A stretch of 64,000 bases of DNA from the human T2T-CHM13v2.0 reference genome, Homo sapiens (GCF_009914755.1 NC_060932.1); one strand, 5' to 3'. Positions 1 through 16,580 are shown, counted from the first letter of the stretch. The notes: a model not told the origin generated them from the sequence alone. Numbers and translations: made by a program.

Positions 1-218
1 AATTACCATGACATATGCCCAGAATTGTGAAGCTTAGCTAATTCCATGAAAAGACTTTCCCAAATTTAAAAAAATGCTAGGATTGTTTTCCACAATAAGA
101 GGCTAAAAGTTGTCTTTAGACAACTCTGAATATACTTGTATGAAGTAGCTATGGAGTGTGTCCATCTCTTCTGCTAGATCTAGCAGGCTACCTGTCTGGT
201 ACTGGGACCTTGGTTTTA

Positions 219-1310
<1,092 letters not shown>

Positions 1311-2791
1311 TTAAGGTGCATAATCAAATGCTTCCTCTAGGAAAAAAAAAAAAACCCATTCTAAAAACAGCAAAAAGTTGAGACTAAAACAAACAATTTA
1401 CATTTAGAATTACTTTTGTAACCAAGACTGGCTCATTTATTATTTTAAGGTGGTTTTAGGAATAATGAAGGATTTATTTTTATTACTAGGTTTACCCTCC
1501 CTATTACTTATTCTTTCCTGAAAATATATTTTTGCCCAATTTCTTCCTTTGATTGTAGCTAACAATATATATGCATGCTTATATATTTATATATGGTCTA
1601 TATTATATATAACATGTACACATGTTATGTTTATAAAATACATATATGTGTTTATGGTTATAGAATACATCACATTTATTTATATGGTACATATATGTAT
1701 ACATAAATAACATAAATTGGAATTCGATATTGTTACCCTATGTAACCGGGTTGTAAATATAGTTTCAAACAAAATATCTTCATAGTCAAAAAGACAGAAA
1801 CAGCTATGTTATAAACAGAGTGAAAACTGCCTCATCACTTTCAGGAAGCGGAGGATGACAAACGTTCCAGCTCTGACCTACCAACAAATTTCTTTGAGCC
1901 ACATTTGGGGCTTGCCTGAAAGTCAGAAGAAAGACCTGCTATGCATCACAGTGGTCAGATCAGGTTTTCCTAGGACTCTGTCCAGCATGCTGGGGAACCT
2001 AATAAGCTCTGGGTGTCCATATGCAGCCTGGTGAAAACAGTACCTGTTCCACCACTGGGAGCACACTGGAAACTGACTAAGAAAGAAGATTAAGCTGAAC
2101 CATATGACATTGTCCTTGTGTAGTTCAAAACAGCAAAATATTAGCAGTTTGCTATGGTTCACCTTTACACATTAGCTCAACCATGTCTCTCAAGTTAAGT
2201 TAGTGACATCAGTGACTGGGGTCAAAAGAAGAATACTGGAACAAATTCTTCTGCTGGAGTAGAATGAGTCAGAACTTTAAGAATATAAAATAAACTAAGA
2301 AACAATTTGTGTAGTGTCAATTAAAGAATGCATTAACAAAGGCTGGTCGAGGACTGGGTTCCGTGGCTGCTGTTTCTTAATCACTCAGCTTAAAAAGCTG
2401 TCGAGTGCTGTGTAAGTCATCACCCCAAATGTCTCTTGGAAAATTCCACCTGTGACATTCTGATTAAACAAGACTTCTTTGTTAGTTGACTTCGCCATAA
2501 GGACTAACAGTTAGTTATACCGCAATTATCCAAAACATGCTGAGAAAATCTAAATTAATAACATGAGGTTTAGTCATTTTCATCTATAATTTCTCACAAG
2601 TACTGAAGTACCACACTGGCTTTGGATAGATAAGTGTACCTTTGCTTCTGAAAAGCTGGTCATGCAAAATTTTTATATGAATCACTGAACAAGGATAGTG
2701 CACTAGAGTATAAGGAATCATTTATAAAGTAAAAATGTGCCACAGTGAATAATGTGAAAAATAGCATAATGGTACTTAAGAAAGTACACTG

Positions 2792-3305
<514 letters not shown>

Positions 3306-4759
3306 TCATTCTATTAGGCCCTAAAATTAACAAAACTTGATAACCACTGTTAAAAAAGGAAACACTGGTAAACTATTTTTTTTTAATGTTTGCATTTCAA
3401 TGTCTTATGTGTTATGTCAACCTTTTAGGAGTCCTGTATTCTTTTGTCAGAAGTGACTAAAGAAGCCCTGGGAATGTGTGAAAATATGCAGAAAACCGAA
3501 GGGCAATTTTACTAGTAGTCAATAAAGGGAAAACAGGGAAAGAAAGACTAAATGAGCAAACTGAAAAAATTAGTTATCATTTAAAATATAAGGTTGAGCA
3601 AAATATGCATGGTTTTAACTTGGTCTACAGAAAAGGATATTTTAGGTTGTAATCAAACATTCCTACACATAAAATTGTGAAGGTTTGATACAACTTCTCT
3701 TACCTTTCCCTCCAGAATTTCCTGATTGTTAATTTTTTCCATTACACATAATGTCTTCACTAACTATTACAATATAATCTTCCCTTACTGAATAACTATA
3801 TCATTTCTATTTTAACAGTTTCTTCTTAAGATGACTAGAACTTAACACTGAATCACCTAAATGAAATGAATAAGGTTACACACACAAAAAAGATAAAAAT
3901 CCTATATCAAAAGACAGGACTCACAAAGAAATGAGGAAGAAATAATCTAATTCATTAAGGTTAGCCTTCCATCAAAATGATGAGAAAATGGTTTATGCCC
4001 ATATGTTAACGCCAGGGTGAGCGATTAGGAAAATGGCAACATTTTAAATAGCAAGGGAACCAAGATAAAATACTTAAAAGTGAATAGATCTAAATACATT
4101 AGTATTTTAAAAATTAACTTATTTTTCAAAACAAAAAGAAGCTTTAGCTCTAGTTGATTTATTGTTACATTGAAGAGATATAATGGGTCATAGTTTAAAG
4201 ACTACTCAACCAGCATCTTTAGTGGCTGGGAGAAAATATGACTTAATTAAATTATCATCTTTCTAAAATTTCAGTTCCTTCTTCTACCCAAGAACAGATA
4301 CTTAGAACACTTATGACTCATGACTCCTTATGCTGAATAGAGCCCTTAATAATATACATTGCAAAGACTGTTAAACTGCTAAAACTTCAAAGAAATCTCT
4401 GAAAGGTCATTTGGGTTTTATTTTGTGTTGTGGGGGCGGGGGCATGTTCTTTAGTTGCTGTTTTTTAAAAAAATGTGCTTAATTTAGTTGACTATACTTT
4501 GAAGTAGCTATAGAAGAAATAATTTTACTGGAATTATATCATTGTAATTTTTCAGAGTGACAGATTATGTAAATATAAGCACATTTGTCATACTTCTAAG
4601 TGGAAGAAACTCCCCTAGCAAGTCGTAAGTTAGATACCATAAGACTATAGCCACCCTCAAGTTATTATCTCTAAGACAAATAACAGATTGCACGATGTTT
4701 TACTGTGTGCCAAGAACTTTTCCAGTTAACATTTTCACTTGAAAAAATAGATCACATAC

Positions 4760-4796
4760 TTGTAAAATCATACCCAGCATTGACTTCATAAGGCAT
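4760..4796 (-). CDS. TRPS1: Coding part of TRPS1 exon 2 (37 nt): MPYEVNAGYDFT(N), the 13-aa N-terminal extension of the long isoform
   Basis: ATGCCTTATGAAGTCAATGCTGGGTATGATTTTACAA|GTATGT. The phase-1 end joins exon 3 AT to give AAT-ATG in frame, matching the known long-isoform N-terminus. Confidence 0.95.
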
Positions 4797-4917
4797 GTGG
4801 CTTTAGAGTGCTTTTTACAATTATTAATTCTATTAGTCAACTAGCAGGAGGCTAATGCAATTGTCTTAGAAGATGCTCAGAAGACACAGAAGACATTTTG
4901 AGAGCTGATCTGTACAT
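4760..4917 (-). other. TRPS1: TRPS1 exon 2 (158 nt; 121 nt 5'UTR plus 37 nt CDS)
   Basis: Strong acceptor TTTTCTTTTGCTTTGTTTTGCAG|ATG at 4918/4917; donor at 4760/4759. Confidence 0.93.
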
Positions 4918-6419
4918 CTGCAAAACAAAGCAAAAGAAAAATTTTCCTTCCTAAATGATGTAAACATATTTTCATGTATCACACCTAAAATATATTAATA
5001 TGCTGGCATCATAGGCTGCCTGAAAGATATAAAAGCATGAGCAAATCTGGAGCAAGATCCTCTCCCTCCCCAGGGTTTTAATAAAGCAACAAGAGAAGGA
5101 GGAACATGATATAAAAGGTTACAGGACATAAGTCATTTTCATAACAGACTGTGATGTTGGTGAAATTATTTAACCTCTAAAACCCCTTCAACCCTAATGA
5201 CCATAATACTTACCTACATTGGGGTGGGGATAAAAGATCTTAATTTGTAAACACCAGCAAATGCTTTTATAGGGAAAATCTTAAAGCAATTAAAATACGT
5301 AATCACAACATGAACATAGTCATTAGTTTTGGCAACTCTATTTTAAACTTTATCATCCTACTACATAGCAATATCCTTCATGCAGTCTACCTTACCCCTG
5401 GAAAAGTTCAAAATGCCCGTTAGAGTAAGTCTACTATGAATTGCCATTTTAGATGATGGGCTAAAAGTGAAGTTGAGAAAGAGGAGGTAAAGAATTTAAA
5501 GGAGAACAGCAAAGCTCAAAATTGCTATTTTAAGTCCTCTATTTAATTGTGAGATTAAAAATTGACCTCTGGGGCTATGTAATAGTGAGCAGGCCTACAT
5601 TACATTATTCTCCACCTGAACAGCCCATATAATGAGAATGCATATTATATGCCAAGATATTTAGGCAGGTTAAAAATATATGTAGCTTTCCCAAAATATT
5701 CTATTTGTATTAATTTTCATTGCTGAGATATAAGACATTCCATCTGTAAAAATCATAAATTTCTACTCTTAATTAACCGTATTTCCTTCTAAATAAAACA
5801 AATCTAAATGCTTTGCTTTCTTAGAAAATGTGTTTACTTTTATAAAAATAGGAGTGCACTATTTCTGTTACCGTATAATTTAGACAGATTTATGCAGTAG
5901 AAATAATCAGCATTAGAGCTTAAAAATAATTCTAACTATTTTATCTCACTATTTAAAGTGCTTAAATACATAAGAAAAAAAAATCTTCTCCTGTAGAAGA
6001 CTGACTGATGTTCTCAAGAGGGCACCTTCACAGCAAAAGGGATTTGAGTTTTCTATCATTATCTAGATACTGTAAATTAACCACTAGTGTTTTAGTTATA
6101 TTTCATATATTATATATAAATATATACATGCATACATTTAATGACATATTTACTCCAACTAACCTTGCAATAGATAATCAAATAAATTATTCAACTAAAT
6201 AAATCAACTATCACAGTAATTTAAAAACAGAGCTTAGATCACGCATCAGCTCAACACAGGTGAACTAAAATTTATTTCCATTAGATGAGAAACTCTTTGA
6301 AGGTAAGAGGTGTAAATTCTATAAATTCTATATTCTTTGTAGTATCTTGACCCTAAGCAAAGTAAAGAATCAAAACATGAGTAAAAATCGTATGGAAATT
6401 GCATATCCAGTTTCTACAC

Positions 6420-6555
6420 CTGATTTAAATCACCTGCTCGTGTGATCAAGGGCAAGTCCTTTTGCTTCTCTGAGCCTCCATCTTTACCTGTACAATAAGG
6501 GAATTTGAATAAATTATTTCTAAAATTCCCCCACCTCTGTGACTCTACAATAGTT
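6420..6555 (+). mobile_element. MIR SINE fragment
   Basis: Core-like TGTGATCAAGGGCAAGTCC...CTCTGAGCCTCCATC...CCTGTACAATAAGGG. Confidence 0.65.
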
Positions 6556-9500
6556 CCGGTTAATAGCACTTCAATTTTACCTTTAAAAAGTTTGCCCAAT
6601 TGCACTGAAAGACTACAGAACAGCAAACCACCGGCGCCAAGGGTGGTTTAAATACCACCGAAGCCTATCTTTGCTTCAATTTCTCACTTCCCCCAATATT
6701 CATTCATTCAGTAAATATATCCAACCTCAGTTATGTGCCAAACACACTAAGCAAGATGACTTTAATTTTATTATTTGTCATTAATTTAAGAAAGAAAGAT
6801 ATGCTTAAAAAGCAAAGAAAATGACTATAAGGAACTCCTCAAGGAAAACTGACACTTCTGAGTATCTTTCTAAATATAATTTCATAAACAAATATGTGTG
6901 TGCATATATATGTACAGACACACACACATTACATTCTGAACAAGACTCTAAAAAATCAGGAGGGCAAGATCCTGTAATTGGACCTCAGTTTCAAATCTTG
7001 TTGCGCATAATTTTTAATTATAAGTAACAGTTCTTATTTTCATAATATGTAATGCCAGATGACATTTTCTTTTTGTTTTTCCAGCTTATAAAACTTTTCA
7101 ACTGTTTGAAATCAAAGCTTAACACAAAAAGAAAAGTCATCGATGGTCTTCGCCTTAAAAAGTATGTTTTCTTCCATGCTTGCTTGTATACACATCAGCA
7201 TAAGAGTACTGAGTTATTAATTACACATTTCATGTAGCTTTTATTTTTTAAAAAACTTTTAAAAGAAAGAAAAAATGTTTCTTTTGATCAAAAGTCCCCA
7301 CAAAGAATTTAAAGAATTAAGCAAGTGATAGCAAAATAAAAGGAAGGTCAAATCTTGGGCCTAGAGCAAACTAGATAGCTTCCATATGAACAATGTATAC
7401 AGTTCAGTTTTGAAAGAACATATGTGTTTGCTCATTGGTTTAGGGAAAAAAAAAAAACACTTGAATCCTGTCTACTCCATATATACAGATCAAAATCAGA
7501 TTGCTTAAGTGAACTATAAAATGCAAGAGAACATTGTTTATCCAATTCACAAACTCAAGAATCACTGAAGGAGTTTAGATGTTTTCTATTTCTTCAGATT
7601 CCAAGGCAATACTTCAATGGTAGATCGCTTTTTTTATAAACTGCTTCAAACTTCGTAAACTCAATGTCAGATCCTGTTCTTTCCTATCCATTTCTATTTA
7701 ATTTGCTCTCTCTGAATTGACTGTTCCCAAATTTTTAAAGCTATTTTTGAACATCTTAAATCTTGTTGAGTTTTAAATGTCAACACCTTCAAACAACTTC
7801 CACCAAATAAATCTCTTATTAATTCACATCAAACTAATCCAAAATGATCATTTCTATTAACATATGCTTCAGAGCACAAAAGCCCATTAATAGTCATCTG
7901 GACACTAGAACTAACCAAAAGCCCTCTGAGATAAAATGCACATTATTTAGATATCCTATTTCAAAGGTTTTGATGCTAGCCCAAACACATTTTATTAGGC
8001 TTTTATTTCATCTTGCTATGTTCTCTAGATTTTAAATATCTCATTTCAAATGCACTTGTCTAGGTAAAAGGAGATAGTGTGGTAAGTAAGTAATAAATGT
8101 CCTATTTGCCTAAATGAATCTTCATATATCCAAATACATGTTAAAGAAAAAATGCATTAACCACTGTACTTTTATAAGAAAATTACAAAACTTTCTTTTT
8201 TCAAAGACTTTAGGCTATAGTCACAATGACACTGTAGGACACATGTATATATATAAAAAGAATGCACCTATTTCACTAACTAGGGAAACTAAAATAGAGC
8301 AAGAATACCTCATGGAGCCTCAAAAGGCAAGGGGAATTGATTATTTTTCCTTTCATAACCAGTGAGAGGCAAATGTATTAAAATCCCTGATTTGAATAAG
8401 ATCACAATTTCACTGTGCAAATTGAGAAATGTTACCATTTGTTTCCCTGCAGAAAAGTAGTTTTTCCTTTTGTTTTCCTCTCAAAACACACACACACACA
8501 ATTAAAATATCTGCAATGACAACTGTTGATTCACATAGGCCAATCTGACTTTACATTTGCACACAAGTCAGTTTCAACTTCATCCCTACTTCTCTGTTAA
8601 ACTTAGGCTATTTCAACTGGTCTCTGGGCAAAGAGCCAAGCACAGCACTTAAATTCAAAAAGAGTAGCTCATCGAAGAGTATAAATGTTTCTATTTATCT
8701 TGATGGTTATGATGTGAATTGACATTTTATTATATGTAAATTAGATTTTCACTCATAACAAAAATAACGAGTGCTGTGCTTTGTAGGAATGTCTTTGACT
8801 ATGTTGCCAGCATTTGGTGAAAACTATCATTGAATAGTAAAGGTAGTTTAATATTTTTATGTACTAATGTTGCTTTTTTCTGTTTTCCTACCTGTTAATC
8901 AATAGAAAAGAAAATCTCAATTATTAACTCAATCCACCAATATAACTAACAGCTTTCTTTGTTCTCCCTTAATAAATCTGTGTCAATCACTGCAAATCCA
9001 TTTGGTAAACTGACACACATATACAGTATAGTGAATCTAATAGATGCTTACCATAAAGATAACATAGTGCAATTAGAATGCTCGCTGTCTTCACAGCACC
9101 AGTAAGCCAAGTATATTCAGTAAGTTTTATTACTATTAGTAGTATTAAAAGTGCCAAATTTAATATAAGATTAAAACCAGATGTTATGAAGACATACTGA
9201 GAACTTATACCTGTAATATACTCTGTATGTGTGCATGTGCATGTGTGTGTATCTCTAAAAATGAAGGGAAGTAACTTTGTGCCTTCATATGCAATAGTTC
9301 TTCCTCATGAAACTAGGAAACAACTCACAAAGCACTAGGCTCACTCCTACTCTACCACAGGGAGCAGTTTAAATGGCCTGCACCCATCTGAGAACCAATG
9401 GACTAAGGACAACCATAGACATATCCAACAGATAACACAAACATTACAATGAACCAGCTAATCCATTCACGCAACAAAAGGGATTTAGAAATTTGGTACA

Positions 9501-11789
9501 AAATACAAAATTTGGTTTAGCTACCACCCTATTTAGTGCCAACTCCTTATTTTAACCTAATTAGCATCATTTTTCCCTCTGACAAAAACAAATTACACAC
9601 ACACACACACAGGAGTCATTTTCTCTCTTTTGTTAAGTATGGAGAAATGTTCCAAAGAAAACTGATCTTAAAATATATATATACTTGAAAGCAACTTCTC
9701 ATAATAAAATTAAATAACTTTTTCCTGACTTCTAGGATATGAAAAGCTTTATATATGGGCAAAAAAAGTAAACATATAATCCGTTCATAATTTGGAGTTG
9801 GATAAGTAACAGGCTTAGAAAGCTTCAACTATAAGAACCTTTTCTGAAAAAATATTATGGTATTTCAGAACATTCTGCCATGCTCACTGCAAGTTTAGCT
9901 AAGCTCTGCCTGGGATTTTAATACGGTAACTGTTTAAGCATAGATGACAAGAAACCCAAGACTTGTCTCTAGACTCTTCCCATAATATTAGCTTCAAAAA
10001 AAGAAAATGAAAGGAGATTCCTTGGTCAGATTAAGTTTAATGGAAACTGTATAATACATATCCCTCCCAGAGATCCACAATGTACATTAGCGTTTACAGC
10101 TCTAAGAAGTCCTAGGGATTGGAGAGGGTGACGTGTGTCCAATCTAGACTGAAATTTCCCAATCTCATTTGGCTTTATGTCACATAGTGCCATTTAGCCA
10201 ACAAAACTAATGTTCTGATGAACACAGTGGGAAAGGCCACTCTAAGAAAGTAATGCTCAAGGAAGAAATTTAACTGAGATTTTAAAGCACGCGTAGTTAA
10301 GGAAAAAAACAAAAAACAAAAAACAAAAAAAACCAGTATTCCTTCACTAACTTGGCAAAAAGACTAAGATGTTTTGTTATGAAGAGGGCTGTTTTGAAGG
10401 ATTTGTTTTTGTTTTTTTGTTTTTTTTCCAGAAGAGCTATCTATGTTAAAAGAAGATTGAGGCATATCATCATTAAAGATTTAGAATCAGAATTTTTTTG
10501 AAAGAATGTGTAGTGGCAGAGCATTACAGATAGAACATTGGATTTTAAAAAGGGAACGGATAAAACATCTACATACAATAAAATCCCAGGTGTCCAAATT
10601 ACACATTCATAAACATACGTGGATATAAACTCAATGTTATCTTTGAGCTAAATAGATTATACAGATATCACTGCATAAAGAAGCTCTATTTTTTCAACTA
10701 TTGTTGCTAATGCTGTCCAGCTACCGTGATCAGTTTAAAACCTTATATGCCAAATTTGTTATTATTTTATAATAACTTAAATTTTATCTGACTAAAATTG
10801 AGCCAGGAACCAAGATATGGCAAAGGCCTTTAATTAAATATGGAATGTGGAAAGACCCAGGATTGCACTGAGCCATCTTCAGTTCATATATTTACAATCA
10901 GTAGTTCTCAAATGCTTGCAGATACCTCAGATCTATCCCACATGCTCCTCCCTGATTATTAATAAATCCTTTCTTCTCCACTCCACTCAGTCTGTGTCCC
11001 CAGATCCACCTATCCTAACAATGAAGGACAGAAAACCAATGCCTGGGGTCACAATCAGTAAACACATGTCTATTATAGACCCTATCTCACCCTTGAAAAT
11101 CCCAAGCAGATCCCATAGCTTTACAGGCTTTTGAATTTTGTTTTATCATTATTGCATTATTTTACCCCCAAAGATTAAAACAAAAGATCAGAAAGAAAGA
11201 AATAAAGCAAAAAATAGGTTAGGTAGATGTCAAAGTAAAACTGAAACAGGTAATTAAACTTAAATTAATTGTAAACACAAAGCCAGATAGAGTGGTGAGA
11301 TTCAAGCCTGAGAGGATGACCACAAGTTCCTTCTGGACCCATCCCACACAGCCTCTATTTTACACATTCACATATGAGAGGAAGAATAGTGATGTGACAT
11401 ACAGGAGTAAGACTACAGAATTCGGGCAGAAATTAGCTCACTTGTTAAGTATTTTGTATAGGCAATCTCGTCAATCTTCACTTTCAAATTCAGTATAAAC
11501 TTAAGAATCTATCTAAACATACACAGAGCCATACACACACACACACCTTTAGAAAAGATTTTCACCATCTGCACCCCAATTATTAGTTTCTCCATCAATC
11601 TTGTTGTGGACCCCTATCATAACAGAGTAAGGGAAATACACATATATAATTCCAGGTTCAGGTGTTTTACAAATAGTTCTTTCAGAATTTAATTGAATGT
11701 TGAAAGAAACCAAAAGTCAGAGGTAGGTTTTTTTAAGGCCTATGATCTTCAGTGTTGATACATATTCTAACCTGAATTTCTAGCTAATA

Positions 11790-12000
11790 AAAAATATTTC
11801 ATGTTCTTATTATATGAGCCAGGAACTGTGCCAAGAGTGCATTATCTCATTTGATTTTAATTTGGATGAACAATCCTTTAAGTACTATTATCATTCACAC
11901 TTTACAGATAATGCAGCTAAGACATGGAGAAGTTAAATCGCTTGTCTAGGTGCAGACCTAGCACATGAACAAGTTGGGTCTGAAGGAATCTAAAGACCAC
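11790..12000 (-). mobile_element. MIR SINE fragment
   Basis: Antisense core TATTATCATTCACACTTTACAGATAATGCAGCTAAGACATGGAGAAGTTAAATCGCTTGTCTAGG. Confidence 0.65.
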
Positions 12001-12792
12001 TTGGTTTCCCAATGCATTTCTCATAATCACTTTAACAACAGTTAACCAATGCAAAAAGTGATAACATTTTAAGAAACTTACAAGAGAACACAATCTACAA
12101 GACGCCATGTTACAAAGGCTGCTATCAAACATATTTGTCTGCCTCTATAGTTACGTCAAGTGAATGAATATACAATCTTCCCAATATTCTCACAGAGTAC
12201 CAGATTATCCTAACTTTCGAATCTGCCTCATAATGCCTAACACATCACCAACATTACCAAACTACATGTCTCTAAAATGGATTCACTTCTACAAAGCCCT
12301 CTACAATTTTCACAAGCAAAACTTAGTCTTCTCCACTGTCATGTGGCACCTTGTGCATATCTTCTCTCAAGGTACCTGCCACTTCACACAGAATTATGTG
12401 TTTATGTTTTAGGCTACCCCTCTAGACTGTGAAACTCTTCAAACCAGAAAATATATTATGATTTATATTATCATTGTTGTTAATTCAAAATATTAACAGC
12501 TATCCATTCATATATGTGATACTAATCAAAATATTGATATAAAATAATTCAATATATATAAATAGCTACATCTCATCAGTGATCTCAAGTTTTTTCCAGG
12601 TGCAACACATCTGAGGCTCATTTCCATCATCAGCACTAGCAGACTATGATGGTGACTATTGCAGAGGAATAAAGTATAATAGCATATTGGCACAAGGGAC
12701 ATGCAAGTTTTTAAAAAGCCAAGTGATACTAACATGCCCTTCCTCACAGTGACAGGCCTATGACACAGAAGGCACTCGTTCTTATTAGATGC

Positions 12793-12831
12793 ATGGATGG
12801 ATGGATGGATGGATGGATGGATGGATGGATG
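12793..12831. repeat. (ATGG)n tetranucleotide microsatellite, ~9-10 units
   Basis: Directly visible. Confidence 0.97.
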
Positions 12832-13679
12832 TTGACACACTTAGAAATTTCTATATATTGCTTTTGTCTTCAAGGAAAGTCTGAATCTCTTGATATTAAA
12901 TAGGCTCAGGAAACTAACAGCTAGAAAAATGCTAAAGTTGTCTCAACAACATAATAACAAACCAAATCACGACATCCAAGGAATCAAGGCATTAATTTTC
13001 TCCTTATTTCGGCTGAAAAAAGAATCAGATATCATAGCTCTAGATCCATGGGCACAGATCAAGAAATGTACAAGTCGTGAGACATAAGAACTACTGAATT
13101 TATTTTTTAAAATGGTAAATCACAGCCATGTTGGTTTGATTTAGATTCCATAAATGTCTGTGTAACTTTACACATCAAAAATATCTGTAGACTGATTACA
13201 CAGAGGAAAGTTCATTAAAAAGTGGCACATTCTCTATATAGTGATAATTCTATAATAAGAGTACCATAATCAGTAAAATGAATTTGCATGTTTGTATATT
13301 TGGATGATTATGTATGTTTTATACATGAACATCATATGGTATGTAATAGGTTTATTAAATATATAATGTTTACCATAAATATATGCACTTATATATACAT
13401 ATGTTTTATTTACAAATTTTTCATTCTGTATTCTCCAACATTCCAAAACTCAAAATATACTATACAAGTAGCATAATACATAAAAAATAAATAGTTTATC
13501 TTTTAAGAGAATAGCCTGGAACATAAAAAGAATACAGAAAAGCCTCAAACATCTGGATTAGACGCCAAGAAACTTAAAACATTCAGAAGGACACAAAACC
13601 AGAAGTTTAATTTTAAAATGCGCGTACACACACAAACACACGTGCACACACACACACACCAATTCTCACAGTATTACTT

Positions 13680-14125
13680 CCTGAATTTCTCAAACTGGAA
13701 ACAAGCTAAATCTGTATCAGCAGTAGAATAGATTTTTTAAAGTTGTGGCATATGATTATAAAATACAATACCTGTTCATACAACAGAATACTATGGTACA
13801 ATACAAATGAACAAACTACATACAACATGAATGAATTTTACAAACATGATGCTGAGTGTGTCATGGCAGACACAAACGAATGCATGCTTTCAATGTATAT
13901 GGACACGTGTAAAGTTCAAAAACAAGTAGAACTATCTAAAGTGTTTAGCAGTCAGGAGAGTGACTGATTCCTGGAGGATGAAGAAAGAGACCAGGAGGAG
14001 CACAAAGGGCTTCTAGAGTACTGGCAATATTGTATTTCCTGACATGAGTGATAGTTACACAGGTGTATTTGTTTTGTAATAATTCATTGAGCTACAGACT
14101 TAAGATCTGTGCACTTTTCAGCTAA
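13680..14125 (+). mobile_element. Old L1 (L1M-class) 3'-end fragment
   Basis: Motifs typical of L1MB/ME 3' ends (CTGGAAACAA, AACATGAATGAATTTTACAAACATGATGCTGAGTG, GTTACACAGGTGTATTTG...AATTCATTGAGCT...TGTGCACTTT). Confidence 0.75.
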
Positions 14126-14639
14126 AGTTTAAGAGTGTGTGTGCGATTTTTCAGTGAAACAGCAGTTGCTCTGCAGAGAGCATGGAGTAATATAATGAAG
14201 AGAAACCTTTGAGCTGCGATATTTTGATGAGCAAATCAAGCAATCCAATGGAGTGGAATGGGTCATTGACGCCTCAGGCTGAATTGTACGGGAGAAAGGG
14301 CCAGGATGTGCCCCAGCAGGCAAACAGGTGGTAAAAGAAGGAAGAGAAGAGAAATTGAAAAGAAAGCGTTCTGAACAAAAGGGATTTCAAAGGGTGAGGG
14401 GTTTGAAAAGAGAGATGAAGGGCAAAAACAAGAGAAGAAAGCAACAGACACCCTAACAGGGGTGAAGATAATCAGAGACAGGCAAACAGAAGAGAGGATA
14501 AGAACTCTGTATGTGATTCTGCTGGTGGTGGTGGTGGTGGAAGGACAAGCACAGACACACATCTGTAGATATTAAATGTTCCATGAGGATGCACTACCTT
14601 GATTATATGACAAAGACAAGCTACATAAAGGTGGAAGAG

Positions 14640-14810
14640 AACTAATATTTCTTGAGTACTTATTATGACCAGCCATTTGCTTACTGGCTCACGTAATTTC
14701 CCCAGTTGGTTTTCACCAAAAGCCTGATAGTTATTTAGTAGTCCTATTTCACAAATGAGGAAACTGGAACTGAAAGGGGGTTAAGGTAACCTGCTTACCC
14801 AAGAAGACCG
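14640..14810 (-). mobile_element. MIR SINE fragment
   Basis: CCTATTTCACAAATGAGGAAACTGGAACTGAAAGGGGGTTAAGGTAACCTGC. Confidence 0.6.
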
Positions 14811-16580
14811 GAGGGAACAGATGAGCAAATAAAACAATACTGTGGTTTTTTCAGAGGATTCATGTATCTAAAATTCTGAATATTTTTATAAGGCTGAATA
14901 AATGCTGTGTTTACATGAAGTGTGTGCTAGATTCTACCTTCATCTAAGGTGGTTGCTGTAAATCTATGTAATATCAGTAGACCGAGGTATCCCATCTCAC
15001 AAACAGAATAATGATGAGTGGTTTCTTATTTTGCATAAAAAACATAAGTTAATAGGTACAATGCCATCAGTTTTCAACTTTATGCCTGGTTAATATTTTC
15101 TTAAGACTTTGGCTTCTAGTATCAAATGGCTTCTAATGTGTACTAGCAACTAACCAAAACAAACAACAACAACAAAAAAAAAGGCAGCCCACAAATGTGC
15201 TAAGAAAACTTGAAAATCTTATTCCTTAAAACTATTTCATGTGGCATTTAGTCTTTGTTTTGTAGGTACACACAGATATGATACAATCACATTTTATTGC
15301 ACATAATTTGCCCCATCTTTGTATGATATGATAATTTAACACTATTCCACGGAGTTTCTCAGACAGAATCACAAAGTCCAAGACTACAGTCACCTAAACA
15401 AGCTTGAGAACTTTGGGTTTAAGCAAAGTAAGAATTAGTTGACTGATCCCCAATCTATGAATGCTTTACATGTTCTAGAAGTCAAAGCATGAATAATGCT
15501 TTACATGTTTTACTGCTCTCTACAGGAAATAAGCCTACACATGGAAAGAAAAGGATGTTTGTTAAAGAAGCAACATAATACCCAAGAAAAAGTAGCACTC
15601 TATAGGATAACTTAAAGTTAATCACATCCATTAGTCTTTTGAACTTTTTGCAAAACAGCATTTCATAGTAACAGTTTTACCTGATTATTTCAAAAGCAAA
15701 TTACTACAGATTTCACCTAAACAGTACTGGTATCTGGTGGTATTATCACCATCTTCATACCTGCTAAAGATAACTTGTTTATTGAGCCTGCAAACCAGGG
15801 TGCTATTCAGAAAATACAATACTGTTATTTAAATGACTTCGTAAAAGAGTTAACATATCATGAGAGTACCAAACAGTACTTTTAATCCTGTTGTAACATT
15901 AAGAATGCCCTGTTTTAACATCAAAATAGAACAAGTTATATTAAATGTGAGACATTATGACAGTCATTAAGAAAGAAAATTGCAGCCTACTAAGTGTTTA
16001 CCATCTTCTTAGGTTAAAAAAAAAAAAAAGATAAAAAGAAGAAAGAAAAGACAGGTTGTTGTAGGTCCCAAAATATCCTGCCCTGGTTTACTGAAATAAA
16101 AGTGGAATTCTCCTTCATGAAGTCTCACCAATGTAGTCCAGGTAAGCTAAAATAATAGATGAACCCTGGCAGGTAATCCATGTAGTCCAGGGTATGAACA
16201 GTGAAAAAACCACATGAAATACTTTGGAGAGTGCTAACCAGTTAAAAGATAGCACTGTTCAAGAATATTTTCTGATGACCAGAATACTGCTTGAGAGATG
16301 ACTGCTATAGTCTTTGATGCAATAAGTTAGAATGCAGTTAGTCCTGTCAAAAAGTCCTACACTTTATCCATTTGTGCATCTACCACTTCCCTTTCATGGA
16401 AACTCTGCAAGCAATTATCCAAACAAGCTGATATGAGAATTTTTTTTTCCCCAGAAACCAAGGTCAAAGATATCTGCTGGCATCAGCACTCATTTTGCAC
16501 TAAATCCTATTTTTGGGCAAATATTGCAAACTGACCAAGTGATATGATAACTGATGCTCCTAAGTCAAAACTCACGTAAC

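Noticed and set aside
6625-6660. Hairpin AAACCACC-N9-GGTGGTTT
   Set aside because: An 8-bp stem is expected by chance; no ncRNA hallmarks
15460-15510. Direct repeat AATGCTTTACATGTT x2 with a spacer (CRISPR-like look)
   Set aside because: Only two copies in human intronic DNA; a local duplication
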